The notes: a model not told the origin generated them from the letters alone. 64,000 nt of DNA from Bacillota bacterium (GCA_040753155.1 JBFMEU010000003.1:5045-69044), one strand, 5' to 3'; shown: positions 34,218 to 43,621, counted from the stretch's first letter. Made by a program: numbers and translations.

Positions 34218-34607
34218 CTATTTTAACTGGAAGGTTTCCGGCAACAGCTCGGCGATAGTCCTGACCTTATATTCTCCCCGCCGGTTGGCCATGATTACCC
34301 TGATCTGCGGACCAAACTCAGCTATAACCTGCCGGCAGGCGCCGCAGGGTGAGCAGTAACTGTCGGTGTCCGCATATACCGCGATGGCCGCAAATTCCCT
34401 TTGGCCCTCACTTACAGCCTTATAGACAGCAGTACGCTCGGCGCAAATGGTCAGGCCGTAGGAGGCGTTTTCCACATTGCAGCCGGTTACCACGCTGCCG
34501 TCCGCCAGCAGCAGGGCGGCGCCCACGGAAAAGTTGGAATAGGGGGCATAGGCATTTTTGCCGGCCTGGCGGGCCTGCTCAATCAGCTGTTCGTCCAGCC
34601 TGGTCAT
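34218..34607 (-). CDS. cdd: cytidine deaminase
   Basis: 129 aa. Motifs CAERTA...CSPCGACRQ. Confidence 0.95.
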   Translation of the reverse strand: MTRLDEQLIEQARQAGKNAYAPYSNFSVGAALLLADGSVVTGCNVENASYGLTICAERTAVYKAVSEGQREFAAIAVYADTDSYCSPCGACRQVIAEFGPQIRVIMANRRGEYKVRTIAELLPETFQLK

Positions 34608-34798
34608 AGCCTGTCGCCCCCCCGGCCCGGGCCGTCCCGGGCCCTGTCGATCATTAATAGCCTGACGGCGCCAAAGGCGGCGGTCAGCAGAAAAGTAAAG
34701 CTCCAGTCAATGGTACCCCTGATGACAAACTGGGCAATTATGGCCGCAGCCATAATCGCCGCCATAAAAAAGATATTGAAAATAACAGAGTCCATCAT
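34604..34798 (-). CDS. small hydrophobic protein (2 predicted TM helices), translationally coupled to cdd
   Basis: 64 aa, MMDSVIFNIFFMAAIMAAAIIAQFVI...FTFLLTAAFGAV. Its TGA overlaps the cdd ATG (ATGA). Confidence 0.45.
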   Translation of the reverse strand: MMDSVIFNIFFMAAIMAAAIIAQFVIRGTIDWSFTFLLTAAFGAVRLLMIDRARDGPGRGGDRL

Positions 34799-34833
34799 AT
34801 CCCCCTTGCTAGTGCCCCCAAAGCCGCTGTATA

Positions 34834-35130
34834 TATTCAGTGAAACCGGTGTTAAGGCACGGCGTTATCACCGCTCACTCCAGTGCTCCGCGCCGGCAGC
34901 GCCCCGGCTTGTTTCGGACCGGACTAGCGGCGCTGCAAAGGCGGCGATAGATTTGTAATGGAAGGCGCCTGCTCTCATCAAAGCACCTTGTTCTCAAACC
35001 CGTCGCCTTAGTAGTCCGCTGGTTTCGCGCCGCAGTCCGGTTACCCTCACTGCGCCGGGTGCTGTTACCGGCGCTCCGCAAGTCGTTCGCTAACGATAAC
35101 GCCGTGCCTCCACCTGGTTTACTGAATACT
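34834..35130 (+). mobile_element. Family D TIR element, copy D2 (overlaps the 3' end of dgkA)
   Basis: Same TIRs as D1 with TA flanks. The last codons of dgkA and its TAA stop lie in the element end. Confidence 0.85.
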
Positions 35131-35502
35131 TACAAGTCGCTGCAGGTGCGGGCCAAAGATCAGCGCCCCGGCCACCACAGCATGCAGAGCGGCCAGCAGT
35201 ACGGCCCCGGCAGCTATATCCTTGGCCCGCCCGGCCAGGGGGTTTGGTCCCGGAGAAACCAGGTCCACCACTGTTTCCACGGCGGTATTCAGCGCCTCGG
35301 CCACCAGGACCAGAAATATGGCCAGGAGTAAAAAAAGCCACTCCTCCCTGCTCAGTTCCAGCAAGCCGGCCAGCGCCAGCACAGCAGCCGTTGCCAGCAG
35401 GTGAATTTTCATGTTGCGCTGGGTAGTCACCGTCCTGGCCAGGCCGGATCCCGCCCGGTAAAAAGCCTTCCAAAAGTTTCCCCGCCACTCCACGCCCGGC
35501 AT
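35119..35502 (-). CDS. dgkA: diacylglycerol/undecaprenol kinase
   Basis: 127 aa, three TM helices, motif EALNTAVE. In the conserved ybeY-dgkA-cdd order. Confidence 0.9.
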   Translation of the reverse strand: MPGVEWRGNFWKAFYRAGSGLARTVTTQRNMKIHLLATAAVLALAGLLELSREEWLFLLLAIFLVLVAEALNTAVETVVDLVSPGPNPLAGRAKDIAAGAVLLAALHAVVAGALIFGPHLQRLVSIQ

Positions 35503-35973
35503 CTACTTATCCCCGCGGGCGAGCCCGGCCCCGGCCAGGGCCGCCTCTTCCTTATCCCTCATCTCCCGGCGCCCGGCTTCCGTTGCATGGTCATAGCCCA
35601 GCAGGTGCAGCACCCCGTGCACCGTCAGGTAGGCCACCTCCCGGGCGAAAGAGTGGCCGTATTCTTCGGCCTGCCTTTGGGCGGCGGGCAGGGAAATCAC
35701 CACATCTCCCAGTACAGCCTCCTCCCCCGGCATGCCGGCCAGAGGCTCGCCCTCCTCCATGGCAAAGCTCAGCACGTCGGTGGGGGCGTCAATGCCCCTG
35801 TACTCCAGGTTAAGCTGCCGGATATACTCATCATCAACAAAGACCAAGCCGGCCTCCGCCCCTTCCGGACGCCCCTCTCCGGCCAAGAGTCTGTCCGCCA
35901 GCGCTGCGAGGGAGTCGATTAAATCATCATTTACCGTTATTCTTTCTTGCAAATTGCTTACGTAAACCGCCAC
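35503..35973 (-). CDS. ybeY: rRNA maturation endoribonuclease YbeY
   Basis: Motif HGVLHLLGYDH. Confidence 0.95.
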   Translation of the reverse strand: MAVYVSNLQERITVNDDLIDSLAALADRLLAGEGRPEGAEAGLVFVDDEYIRQLNLEYRGIDAPTDVLSFAMEEGEPLAGMPGEEAVLGDVVISLPAAQRQAEEYGHSFAREVAYLTVHGVLHLLGYDHATEAGRREMRDKEEAALAGAGLARGDK

Positions 35974-38119
35974 CGCTACTTTTTCTCCTTTCCATGTCCC
36001 GGGCGTCGGGATATTCTATGCGGGAGTGATAAATCCCTGATAAAACCCGCAAAAAGGAGTTGGCAATGGTGTCCAGGTCCTTCAGGGTCAGATCACACTC
36101 ATCCAACTGGCCGTCCATGAGCTTGTCCTTGATAATTTTCCGCACCAGGCCTTCGATCCGGCCCTGGTTTGGACTCTGCAAGGAGCGCACCGCAGCCTCC
36201 ACCGAATCGGCCAGCATAACAATGGCCGCCTCCTTGGTCTGGGGACGGGGGCCTTCGTAGCGGAACTCATCTTCAGTCAAGTTATCGTTACGTCCGTTTT
36301 CGATGGCTTTGTGATAGAAGAAGGAGCAAACGCTGGAGCCGTGATGCTGCTCAATGATATCGATTACCGCCTGGGGCAATTTGTTCTCCCTGGCCATTTC
36401 CACCCCGTCCTTGACGTGGGAGGTCAAGATCAGCGTGCTCAAAGACGGAGCAATTTTATCATGGGGGTTGTCGGACGCCATCTGGTTCTCTATAAAAAAG
36501 TAGGGCCTTTTAATTTTACCGATGTCATGGTAATACGCCCCCACCCGTACCAGCAACGGCTCTCCCCCCACCGCCTCGGCGGCGGTTTCCGCCAGGTTGC
36601 CCACAATGATGCTGTGGTGGTAGGTGCCCGGGGCCTCGGTGAGCAGCTGCTTGAGCAGCGGGTTGCTGGGGTGGGAGATTTCCAGCAGCCTTACCGACGA
36701 GGTAATACTGAAGGTGCTTTCCAGGTAGGGCAGCGCCCCGTTGGTGAGAATGGAGGAAAGCAGGCCGTTCAAGAGCCCCAGAAACAGGCTGGAGATAATC
36801 AGCAGGCTCCAGGGGGTGTTGGTAATCAGCCCCATGGTAAAGATAGCGGCCATGGTGGACAGGCCTGTATAAAAGCCGGCCCGGGCCAGATCACCCCGCT
36901 GGCTGAGCTTGCTGACAGAGTAGATACCCGTAATCCCGCTGATTAGCCCCACAACACCAAAACGTGTTTCGCCGCCGGTCATCAGGCCCAGCATGAAGCT
37001 CATCACCGCCACCACCAGCACCGCCAGACGGGAATCCAGCAGGATGGCAATCAGCATCCCGGCCGCCGCCATGGGGACGGCATAGCCGAACAAAGCCCCC
37101 AGCTCCGGCCACTGGCTTACATTGATGGCAATCACCGCCTTGCCCACCGCCAGCACACCGGCCACAATCAGGCCGATGAGATACAGGTGCCCGGCATTGC
37201 GGTAAATCTCCCGGTTCTGCTGGTAAAGGTAAAACAGCACCACCATCATTAAGAGGGCCACCAGCATCCCGGCCCCCACCAGTCCCGAAAAGGCCGTACC
37301 GGGCCTGATCAGCCCCAGGGCCTCCAGCTTGGCCAGATGCTCCTCGGTAACGATTTCACCTTCACCGATAATTTTTTCCTTTTCCTGAATCGAGCGCTGC
37401 ACCGGCGGCACCGACTCCCGGGCGATATTCTGCAGCAGGCGTGTTTTTTCCTGGTCGTAAAACATGTTGGGCCGAATGAAATTGGTAATCAGGCCCTGGC
37501 CCAGATTCTTATAGGCGGCGGGCAGGTCCAAATCCCGCACCCGGCCGGCCAGATTCTCTTTGACCGCTTCTTCATCACCCGAAGGGATGCCCTTTTCCGC
37601 CTCCATAGCCTGCTGTACCAGACCGGCCAGGTTTTCCTGGAGGCTGCGCGCATCCTGGGGGTTGTCCCTGGATAAAAATTGCAGGTCAGCCCGGGACAGG
37701 GTAAAGGGTATTACCTCCTGCAGCCTGTCCACCCGCTGGGCCTCATTCAGGTTCTCATCAGTCTGAACGGCCCGGACCTGGCCCAGGGTCTCGTTTATTT
37801 CAGTCTGCACAGCGCTGCTCACCCGAGGGTCCTTGCTGTACTGCCGGTCAACTTCCTCCGCCGCCTTGCGCCTGACTTCCTCGGTTTTTGCCCGGTCCTC
37901 ATAAACAACACTGCGCGGCGCAAATATAGACGCGGGGGAAACCTGCCCGGGCTGGAGATCCACCTTGGGCGGCACTACGTCCACCGCAATGATCAGTGTT
38001 ATCAACACAAAGAACAGCACCGCAGCGCTGCCTCGCCGGAATTTTCTCTTTTTCAGCAAGTTGCCCACACCGGCAACCGCCTTACCCCTGAATTGCTTTA
38101 GGGGAAGCATTTTGTTCAC
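35927..38119 (-). CDS. pgpH: 7TM-HD membrane phosphohydrolase (YqfF/PgpH-type cyclic-di-AMP phosphodiesterase)
   Basis: 730 aa with an extracellular N-domain, seven TM helices and an HD domain (HSIIVGNL..YHDIGK). Confidence 0.9.
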   Translation of the reverse strand: MNKMLPLKQFRGKAVAGVGNLLKKRKFRRGSAAVLFFVLITLIIAVDVVPPKVDLQPGQVSPASIFAPRSVVYEDRAKTEEVRRKAAEEVDRQYSKDPRVSSAVQTEINETLGQVRAVQTDENLNEAQRVDRLQEVIPFTLSRADLQFLSRDNPQDARSLQENLAGLVQQAMEAEKGIPSGDEEAVKENLAGRVRDLDLPAAYKNLGQGLITNFIRPNMFYDQEKTRLLQNIARESVPPVQRSIQEKEKIIGEGEIVTEEHLAKLEALGLIRPGTAFSGLVGAGMLVALLMMVVLFYLYQQNREIYRNAGHLYLIGLIVAGVLAVGKAVIAINVSQWPELGALFGYAVPMAAAGMLIAILLDSRLAVLVVAVMSFMLGLMTGGETRFGVVGLISGITGIYSVSKLSQRGDLARAGFYTGLSTMAAIFTMGLITNTPWSLLIISSLFLGLLNGLLSSILTNGALPYLESTFSITSSVRLLEISHPSNPLLKQLLTEAPGTYHHSIIVGNLAETAAEAVGGEPLLVRVGAYYHDIGKIKRPYFFIENQMASDNPHDKIAPSLSTLILTSHVKDGVEMARENKLPQAVIDIIEQHHGSSVCSFFYHKAIENGRNDNLTEDEFRYEGPRPQTKEAAIVMLADSVEAAVRSLQSPNQGRIEGLVRKIIKDKLMDGQLDECDLTLKDLDTIANSFLRVLSGIYHSRIEYPDARDMERRKSSGGGLRKQFARKNNGK

Positions 38120-39090
38120 TCCTCGGTAGCGGCTGTTATCTCCCGTTCATAGGCCGTTATAATCTTCTGAACCAGGGGGTGCCGCACAATGTCATCACCA
38201 GTGAGGTATTGAAATGACAGGCCGCCAACCCCTTGCAAAACCTCGCTGGCATGGACCAATCCCGAAACCTGGCCCCTGGGCAGATCGACCTGGGTAATGT
38301 CCCCGGTAATAACCGCTCTGGAGCCGAAGCCCAGGCGGGTAAGAAACATCTTCATTTGCTCCGGGGTGGTATTTTGGGCCTCATCCAGGATGATGAAGGC
38401 ATCGTCCAGGGTACGGCCGCGCATGTAGGCCAGGGGCGCAACCTCAATGGTTTGGCGCTCCAGGTACTTCTGGGTGGTTTCAAAGCCCAGCACGTCATAC
38501 AAGCTGTCGTAAATTGGGCGCATATAAGGATTAACCTTCTCCTGCAAGTCACCGGGCAAAAAGCCCAGTTTTTCCCCGGCCTCCACCGCCGGCCTGGTCA
38601 GCACCAGCCGGTTAACCTCCTTGTTGCGCAGCGCCCTGATGGCCATAACCACCGCCAGGTAGGTCTTGCCTGTACCGGCAGGCCCAATGGCAAATACAAT
38701 ATCATGCTTGCGCATGGCCCCAAGATAATTTTTCTGGCCAAAGGTTTTGGGCTTGATTTGCTTGCCCCGGGCGGCCACCAGGGTAATATCCCGGGCCAGT
38801 TCCTTCAAAACATCGGACATACCGGCGTTAACCGCCTTGACTGCATAATTTATCTCGTGCAGCGTCAGCCGGTTGCCGGCCTGGTAGTATTCCTGCAACA
38901 GCTCCAAAACCCGGCCGGCCCGGGCCACCTGCTCCGGCGGTCCGATGATTACCAACTCCTGACCCCGGGCCACGATGCGCACGTTCAGAGACTTTTCCAA
39001 CAGGGACAGATGCTCATCATGCCGGCCGAATATTTCAGCCACCGCCCCTATATCTTCAAGAAGCAATTTCGACTCCGTATAGTCTGTCAA
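38116..39090 (-). CDS. phoH: PhoH-like ATPase
   Basis: Walker A GPAGTGKT, plus ILDEAQN. Confidence 0.95.
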   Translation of the reverse strand: MTDYTESKLLLEDIGAVAEIFGRHDEHLSLLEKSLNVRIVARGQELVIIGPPEQVARAGRVLELLQEYYQAGNRLTLHEINYAVKAVNAGMSDVLKELARDITLVAARGKQIKPKTFGQKNYLGAMRKHDIVFAIGPAGTGKTYLAVVMAIRALRNKEVNRLVLTRPAVEAGEKLGFLPGDLQEKVNPYMRPIYDSLYDVLGFETTQKYLERQTIEVAPLAYMRGRTLDDAFIILDEAQNTTPEQMKMFLTRLGFGSRAVITGDITQVDLPRGQVSGLVHASEVLQGVGGLSFQYLTGDDIVRHPLVQKIITAYEREITAATEE

Positions 39091-40346
39091 TTCGCTGCAA
39101 TTCCTCCTTCAGGTTTAAAAGGCTCGATTGCCCCTATGTCCTCCAGGGTCTCCACAAAGGCTTTGACCCTGATGATGCCCTCGGGCCGGCCGGCATTAAC
39201 TTCCTCCACCCGCTCTTCCAGTACTTTGGCATCCCGGGGCAAATGCTCCCGAATACCCGCCAGGGCTTTTCCCCGGGCCAGGACGAGAGCCTCGGCGCGG
39301 CTGTGCTCAGTTCTGAAATCAACCAGCTCATAGTGTTTCCTGGTAATCAGTTCGACGGGCAGATTAATATTCCTCCATTGAAGCGTTCTTTTAGCAACGG
39401 TCTCCGATTGAAAAGCTTCAAAGGGAACTTTTCCGGGACCTATTACAATTATTTCCTTACCCTGCAATTTAATACAAAATGCGCTGGCCAGGCGGCCGGA
39501 GCGCTTCTGTCCCGTTTCCACCAGGCTTATCTCGCCATAGCCGTCATACCACACCCTGGCCCGGACAATGCCCTTGGCCCTTACATATTCCGGTCCCGGC
39601 AAAGGCTCCGCCAGTTCCGGCACACCGATACCCGGATTTTCCTCCTGAACCGGGGGCGGGATTTCCCCGGAAATGAGCACCTGACCCTTGAGCACCGTAT
39701 CCCCCTCCTTGACCAGAGGATTGCCGCTGAGGACCAGCATCTCCTTGATCAGCCCCTCCTTGGAGGCCACAAGGTGGGCCGGGCCGGTGCCGTCATCATC
39801 AGGCAAAGTTTTTTCCGCAATCTCAATAATCACCCTGGTTCCCTCGACGTACACAGCCGCCCAGGAAACAGCCGGCAACTGATCCCTGATGGCTTCCTCC
39901 ACCGCTGTTTGACTCAACGTCCATTTCATGGCGCCCTTATGCAGGCCGGCCCGCTGGGCGGCGGAAAGAATTTCCGCCCCGGAAACATCCTGGTTACCCC
40001 TGACCTCAATGAACCAGACCATCGATGAGAGCAGGTAAAGGGACACTGCAAACAACACCGCGCCAGCCACCAGGGCCTTGCGCCGGCGCAGCCTGGACAA
40101 AACAAAAGGCAGACCCTCCCGCTCCTGAAAATAAAAGCGGCAGCGGGCCCGGCGGCCAATATGCCTGAGCGGCCTGACGGCGCTGAGGCGAACCTTGACC
40201 AGAATTTCATTATCGGCCACCCAGGTTATGTCCCACAAATAGATACCCCGGCTTACGGCCAGGTTGATAAATTTTTCAATATCCCCGCCCCGCACCAGAA
40301 CAGTAACATAACCAATAATATATGACATGAGCCTGGTAAGAAACAA
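39087..40346 (-). CDS. yqfD: sporulation protein YqfD
   Basis: 419 aa. Sits in the conserved yqfC-yqfD-phoH order and has one TM segment. Confidence 0.85.
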   Translation of the reverse strand: MFLTRLMSYIIGYVTVLVRGGDIEKFINLAVSRGIYLWDITWVADNEILVKVRLSAVRPLRHIGRRARCRFYFQEREGLPFVLSRLRRRKALVAGAVLFAVSLYLLSSMVWFIEVRGNQDVSGAEILSAAQRAGLHKGAMKWTLSQTAVEEAIRDQLPAVSWAAVYVEGTRVIIEIAEKTLPDDDGTGPAHLVASKEGLIKEMLVLSGNPLVKEGDTVLKGQVLISGEIPPPVQEENPGIGVPELAEPLPGPEYVRAKGIVRARVWYDGYGEISLVETGQKRSGRLASAFCIKLQGKEIIVIGPGKVPFEAFQSETVAKRTLQWRNINLPVELITRKHYELVDFRTEHSRAEALVLARGKALAGIREHLPRDAKVLEERVEEVNAGRPEGIIRVKAFVETLEDIGAIEPFKPEGGIAAN

Positions 40347-40375
40347 TGCCGGGCCCTCCTTTCGCGGCTGCCTTG

Positions 40376-40675
40376 CTAAGGCTGCTGGTCCAGATTTACG
40401 AAATTAAGGGATAGGATCTTCCCCTCCACCAGAATCTCGTCTGTTATAATGGTTCTTAGCACCAGGTCCTCGCCGGTCAGCTCAAGCATACCCTTGCCAA
40501 TGCTGATACGGACCAGGCGGGGTGTGTACTCCTGAATGCCCCGGTGGTTCTCAATCTGAACCTGGAGGTTGCCCATGAGCACAATCCGGGGCAAGTCCAA
40601 CAACACATCGCCGGGAATCTCCAACAGATCGGAGAATTGCTTTTTTAATTTACGTCTCATATCGTCCCAAGCCAT
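40376..40675 (-). CDS. yqfC: sporulation protein YqfC
   Basis: Motifs DLPRIVLMGNLQVQIENHRGI and LELTGEDL. GGGAGGGG lies 7 nt upstream of the ATG at 40675. Confidence 0.85.
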   Translation of the reverse strand: MAWDDMRRKLKKQFSDLLEIPGDVLLDLPRIVLMGNLQVQIENHRGIQEYTPRLVRISIGKGMLELTGEDLVLRTIITDEILVEGKILSLNFVNLDQQP

Positions 40676-40755
40676 AAAAAAACCCCTCCCTTGCATAAAT
40701 TTTTATGCATCAGGGAGAGGAAACATTACACAATACTGGTTAAACCTGGCTTTTG

Positions 40756-41115
40756 CTAGTTTTGAACCTGACCGGCCTTGATTTCTTTAATCGCATCGGC
40801 AATCATGTCCATCGACAGCCCGCCGTGAAACCGGGGCTGTCCGTTAATAGCTGTTAAAGGCAACCTTACCCGGCTCAGTATGCCTGATATATCAGGATAC
40901 TTCTCCAAATCCGGGGTCATGACATCAACAAACACAAGTTCCACGTCATCGCCAAAGCTATCCCTTAAAGCTATACCCAGCTCCTCAGCCTCTTCCTTCA
41001 TTGTCTTGGAAGACCCGCAGCCTGCGGGGTCCGGGGCAGGACCTCAGCCACCGCCGCAGGAAGGCGCCGGCGCATTTATACCAAATACGGCTACAGTAAT
41101 AGATTGGTCTGCCAT
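40756..41115 (-). CDS. candidate small selenoprotein (119 codons, in-frame TGA at 41044-41046; C-x3-U motif; thioredoxin-like/YuzD-DUF1462-like)
   Basis: GGAGG-6nt-ATG at 41115, then MADQSITVAVFGINAPAPSCGGG-TGA-GPAPDPAGCGSSKT-MKEEAEELG... in one frame. A GC hairpin lies 3' of the UGA. The gene is adjacent to selD and yedF. Confidence 0.65.
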
Positions 41116-41490
41116 GTTAAACCTCCTTCTGGTACATTATTTACCGTGATTGCCGTTTTATATTTTATCACAACTATAGTTGAAAAGTCTAACTATAAAA
41201 GTACACCTGATTCCACTGCAAAAAACCCCATAGAATAACCGGTTTAAACCGGGATAATATTTTTGTTTTTAATTCTCATAATGCCCTTTACAGGCAATAA
41301 TTAAAAGGTTATGTTTGCGGTAGGCGAAAAAATTATATTCATCATTCGTATTCTCTTAATTCGTCACTATAACTATTTTTTTTGCCCGGGGGAGTTTCCA
41401 TAAATTAAATTTATAGCATTTATAAAGGAAACCGTCTATCAAAACCAGAAAACCTGGTATTATAAGTAATGTTGAAAGGGGGCGTCACCT

Positions 41491-42525
41491 TTGGAATTCA
41501 AGTTGACGGAAATGACCAAAACCTCCGGGTGAGCGGCCAAGGTGGGTCCCCAGACCCTGTCGCAGGTTCTGCGACACCTTCCCCCCATACAGGACGCCAA
41601 TTTACTGGTGGGGCTTGACAAATCGGATGACGCCGCGGTGTACAAGCTGGGGCCGGACCTGGCCCTGATCCAGACCGTAGACTTTTTTACCCCGGTGGTT
41701 GATGACCCTTATTTATTTGGCCAAATTGCGGCGGCCAACGCCCTCAGTGATGTCTATGCCATGGGGGGCAGGCCCCTTTTGGCGCTGAATATTGTGTGCT
41801 ATCCCTCCTGCCTGCCTCCGGAGATCCTGGGCGCCATCCTCAGGGGCGGGGCGGACAAAGTTATTGAGGCCGGGGCTGTAATCGCCGGGGGGCATACCGT
41901 CCAGGACGATGAGCCCAAGTACGGCCTGGCTGTGGCCGGGCTGGTTCACCCGGACCGGATCTTTACCAATGCCGGGGCCCGGCCCGGGGACCGGCTGGTG
42001 TTAACCAAGCCCCTGGGAACCGGCATTATTAATACCGGGATTAAGGCCAGGCTGGTTTCCGAAGAGGCTGCCCAAAAGGCTGTGGAAACCATGGCCGGGC
42101 TGAACCGCGGGGCCGCCCGGGCCATGGCTGAGGCCGGCGCCCACGCCTGTACCGATATAACCGGCTTCGGGCTGCTGGGCCACGCCGCCGAAATGGCCGA
42201 AGCCAGCGGGATAAGCCTGGCCATCAACTGGGCCTCCGTACCCCTGCTGCCGGAAACAATGGACACCGCCGCCCTGGGATTGATTCCGGGCGGGGCCTAT
42301 AGCAACAGGGACTATCTGGGTGACCGGGTAAGCTTTGCCGGCGGCATCACACCCACCCAGCAGGCCGTGCTGTTTGACCCCCAGACCTCGGGGGGACTGT
42401 TAATCGCCGTGGGCGAGGAAAGGCTGGGCCTGCTGCTGGACCTGCTGCAACGCTCCGGAATTGACGCCGCAGTAATTGGCAGAGTTTTGCCCGTCGCCGG
42501 GGCGCAAATAGCAGTCACTGTTTAG
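41491..42525 (+). CDS. selD: selenide, water dikinase (selenophosphate synthetase), Sec-containing form
   Basis: TTG at 41491 sits 8 nt after AAGGGGG. Translation reads LEFKLTEMTKTSG-TGA(41530-41532)-AAKVGPQTLSQVL, matching the conserved GxG(C/U)xxK active-site loop. The ORF track starts only after the UGA. Confidence 0.9.
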
Positions 42526-42565
42526 AATCATTAAAGGATATATCCCCATCCTAAAAAAATGAATT

Positions 42566-43207
42566 ATGGAGGAGTTTAGCTTGAGTAATATAACAATCCT
42601 TGACTGCAGGGGCCTGGCCTGCCCCCAGCCGGTGCTTAAAACCAAGGGGGAGCTTGACCGGCCCGGAGCCGGAAAGCTGCAGGTAATCGTGGATAATCCC
42701 ACGGCCAGGGAAAATGTTACCCTGCTGGCACGGAACCTGGGCCACCAGGTAGAGGCGGAGGAAAGGGGCGGGCTGCATTACATTAACATTACCCGGGCCG
42801 GGGCGGCGGGGGCCGGCGCAAACATCAGCGTTCAGGAAACCGCCCCGGCAAGAGCCGCCTCAACTTCGGCTGTGGACACCGTGTACTTTATAACCACCAG
42901 CACCCTGGGCCAGGGCTCCCCCGACCTGGGCCAGGTTTTGATGAAGAGTTTATTTGTAACCCTGGCCGAACAGCCGGCCCCGGCGGCCATTTTACTCCTG
43001 AACACCGGTGTCCACCTGGCGCTGGAGGGCTCTCCGGTGCTGGAGTTCCTGGCCCGCCTGGCTGAAGGCGGCGCCGAGGTGCTGGCCTGCGGTACCTGCC
43101 TGGACTACTACCGGGTGCGGGAAAAGTTGGCCCTGGGCGCGGTGTCCAATATGTACGAGATCCACAGCCGCCTGGACCGGGCCGCCAAGGTGATCACCGT
43201 GGCCTGA
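42566..43207 (+). CDS. yedF: YedF-type selenium-metabolism protein (TusA/SirA-like domain fused to a DsrE-like domain)
   Basis: CRGLACPQPVL (CPxP TusA motif) at the N-terminus, a DsrE-like C-terminal half with ACGTCLDYY, and a position immediately after selD. Confidence 0.85.
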   Translation: MEEFSLSNITILDCRGLACPQPVLKTKGELDRPGAGKLQVIVDNPTARENVTLLARNLGHQVEAEERGGLHYINITRAGAAGAGANISVQETAPARAASTSAVDTVYFITTSTLGQGSPDLGQVLMKSLFVTLAEQPAPAAILLLNTGVHLALEGSPVLEFLARLAEGGAEVLACGTCLDYYRVREKLALGAVSNMYEIHSRLDRAAKVITVA

Positions 43208-43241
43208 CCGGACACAGGCAAGGGGACAAAGCAGAAGAGCG

Positions 43242-43284
43242 AAAAGCGCCTCCTGCCCTCGTTCTGGCAGGAGGCGCTTTTTTC
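43242..43284 (+). terminator. rho-independent terminator of selD-yedF
   Basis: AAAAGCGCCTCCTGCC-8nt-GGCAGGAGGCGCTTTT-TTC. Confidence 0.85.
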
Positions 43285-43329
43285 ATTCGGCAATAGGCAA
43301 TAAGTTAACAAGTGAGGTGCCTGGCACCA

Positions 43330-43506
43330 CTAGTATCTATTACGTTTCCTGGCCGCCTCGGACTTTTTCTTTCTTCTTACACTCGGTTTTTCATAATGCT
43401 CGTGCTTTCTTGCCTCAGCAAGCACACCAGCTTTTTGACATGTCCTTTTAAAACGACGGAGGGCACTGTCCAGTGTTTCGTTTTTTCCAACCTTAACTTC
43501 TGCCAC
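43330..43506 (-). CDS. rpsU: 30S ribosomal protein S21
   Basis: Below the ORF-track size cutoff. GTG start after GGAGGGAGGG. Translation is [58 protein letters not shown]. Confidence 0.95.
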   Translation of the reverse strand: MAEVKVGKNETLDSALRRFKRTCQKAGVLAEARKHEHYEKPSVRRKKKSEAARKRNRY

Positions 43507-43591
43507 TGCTTCTTCCCTCCCTCCGCTTTACCATAACACAGTTCAAGACCAACTAAAACGAACCCCCACTAACTTTTTGTCATACCTTTTT

Positions 43592-43621
43592 AGTATACAG
43601 GAATACTTTAATTTGCGTCAA
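43592..43621 (-). promoter_or_regulatory. candidate sigma-A promoter of rpsU
   Basis: On the minus strand: TTGACG (43621-43616), 18 nt, TATACT (43597-43592). Confidence 0.4.
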
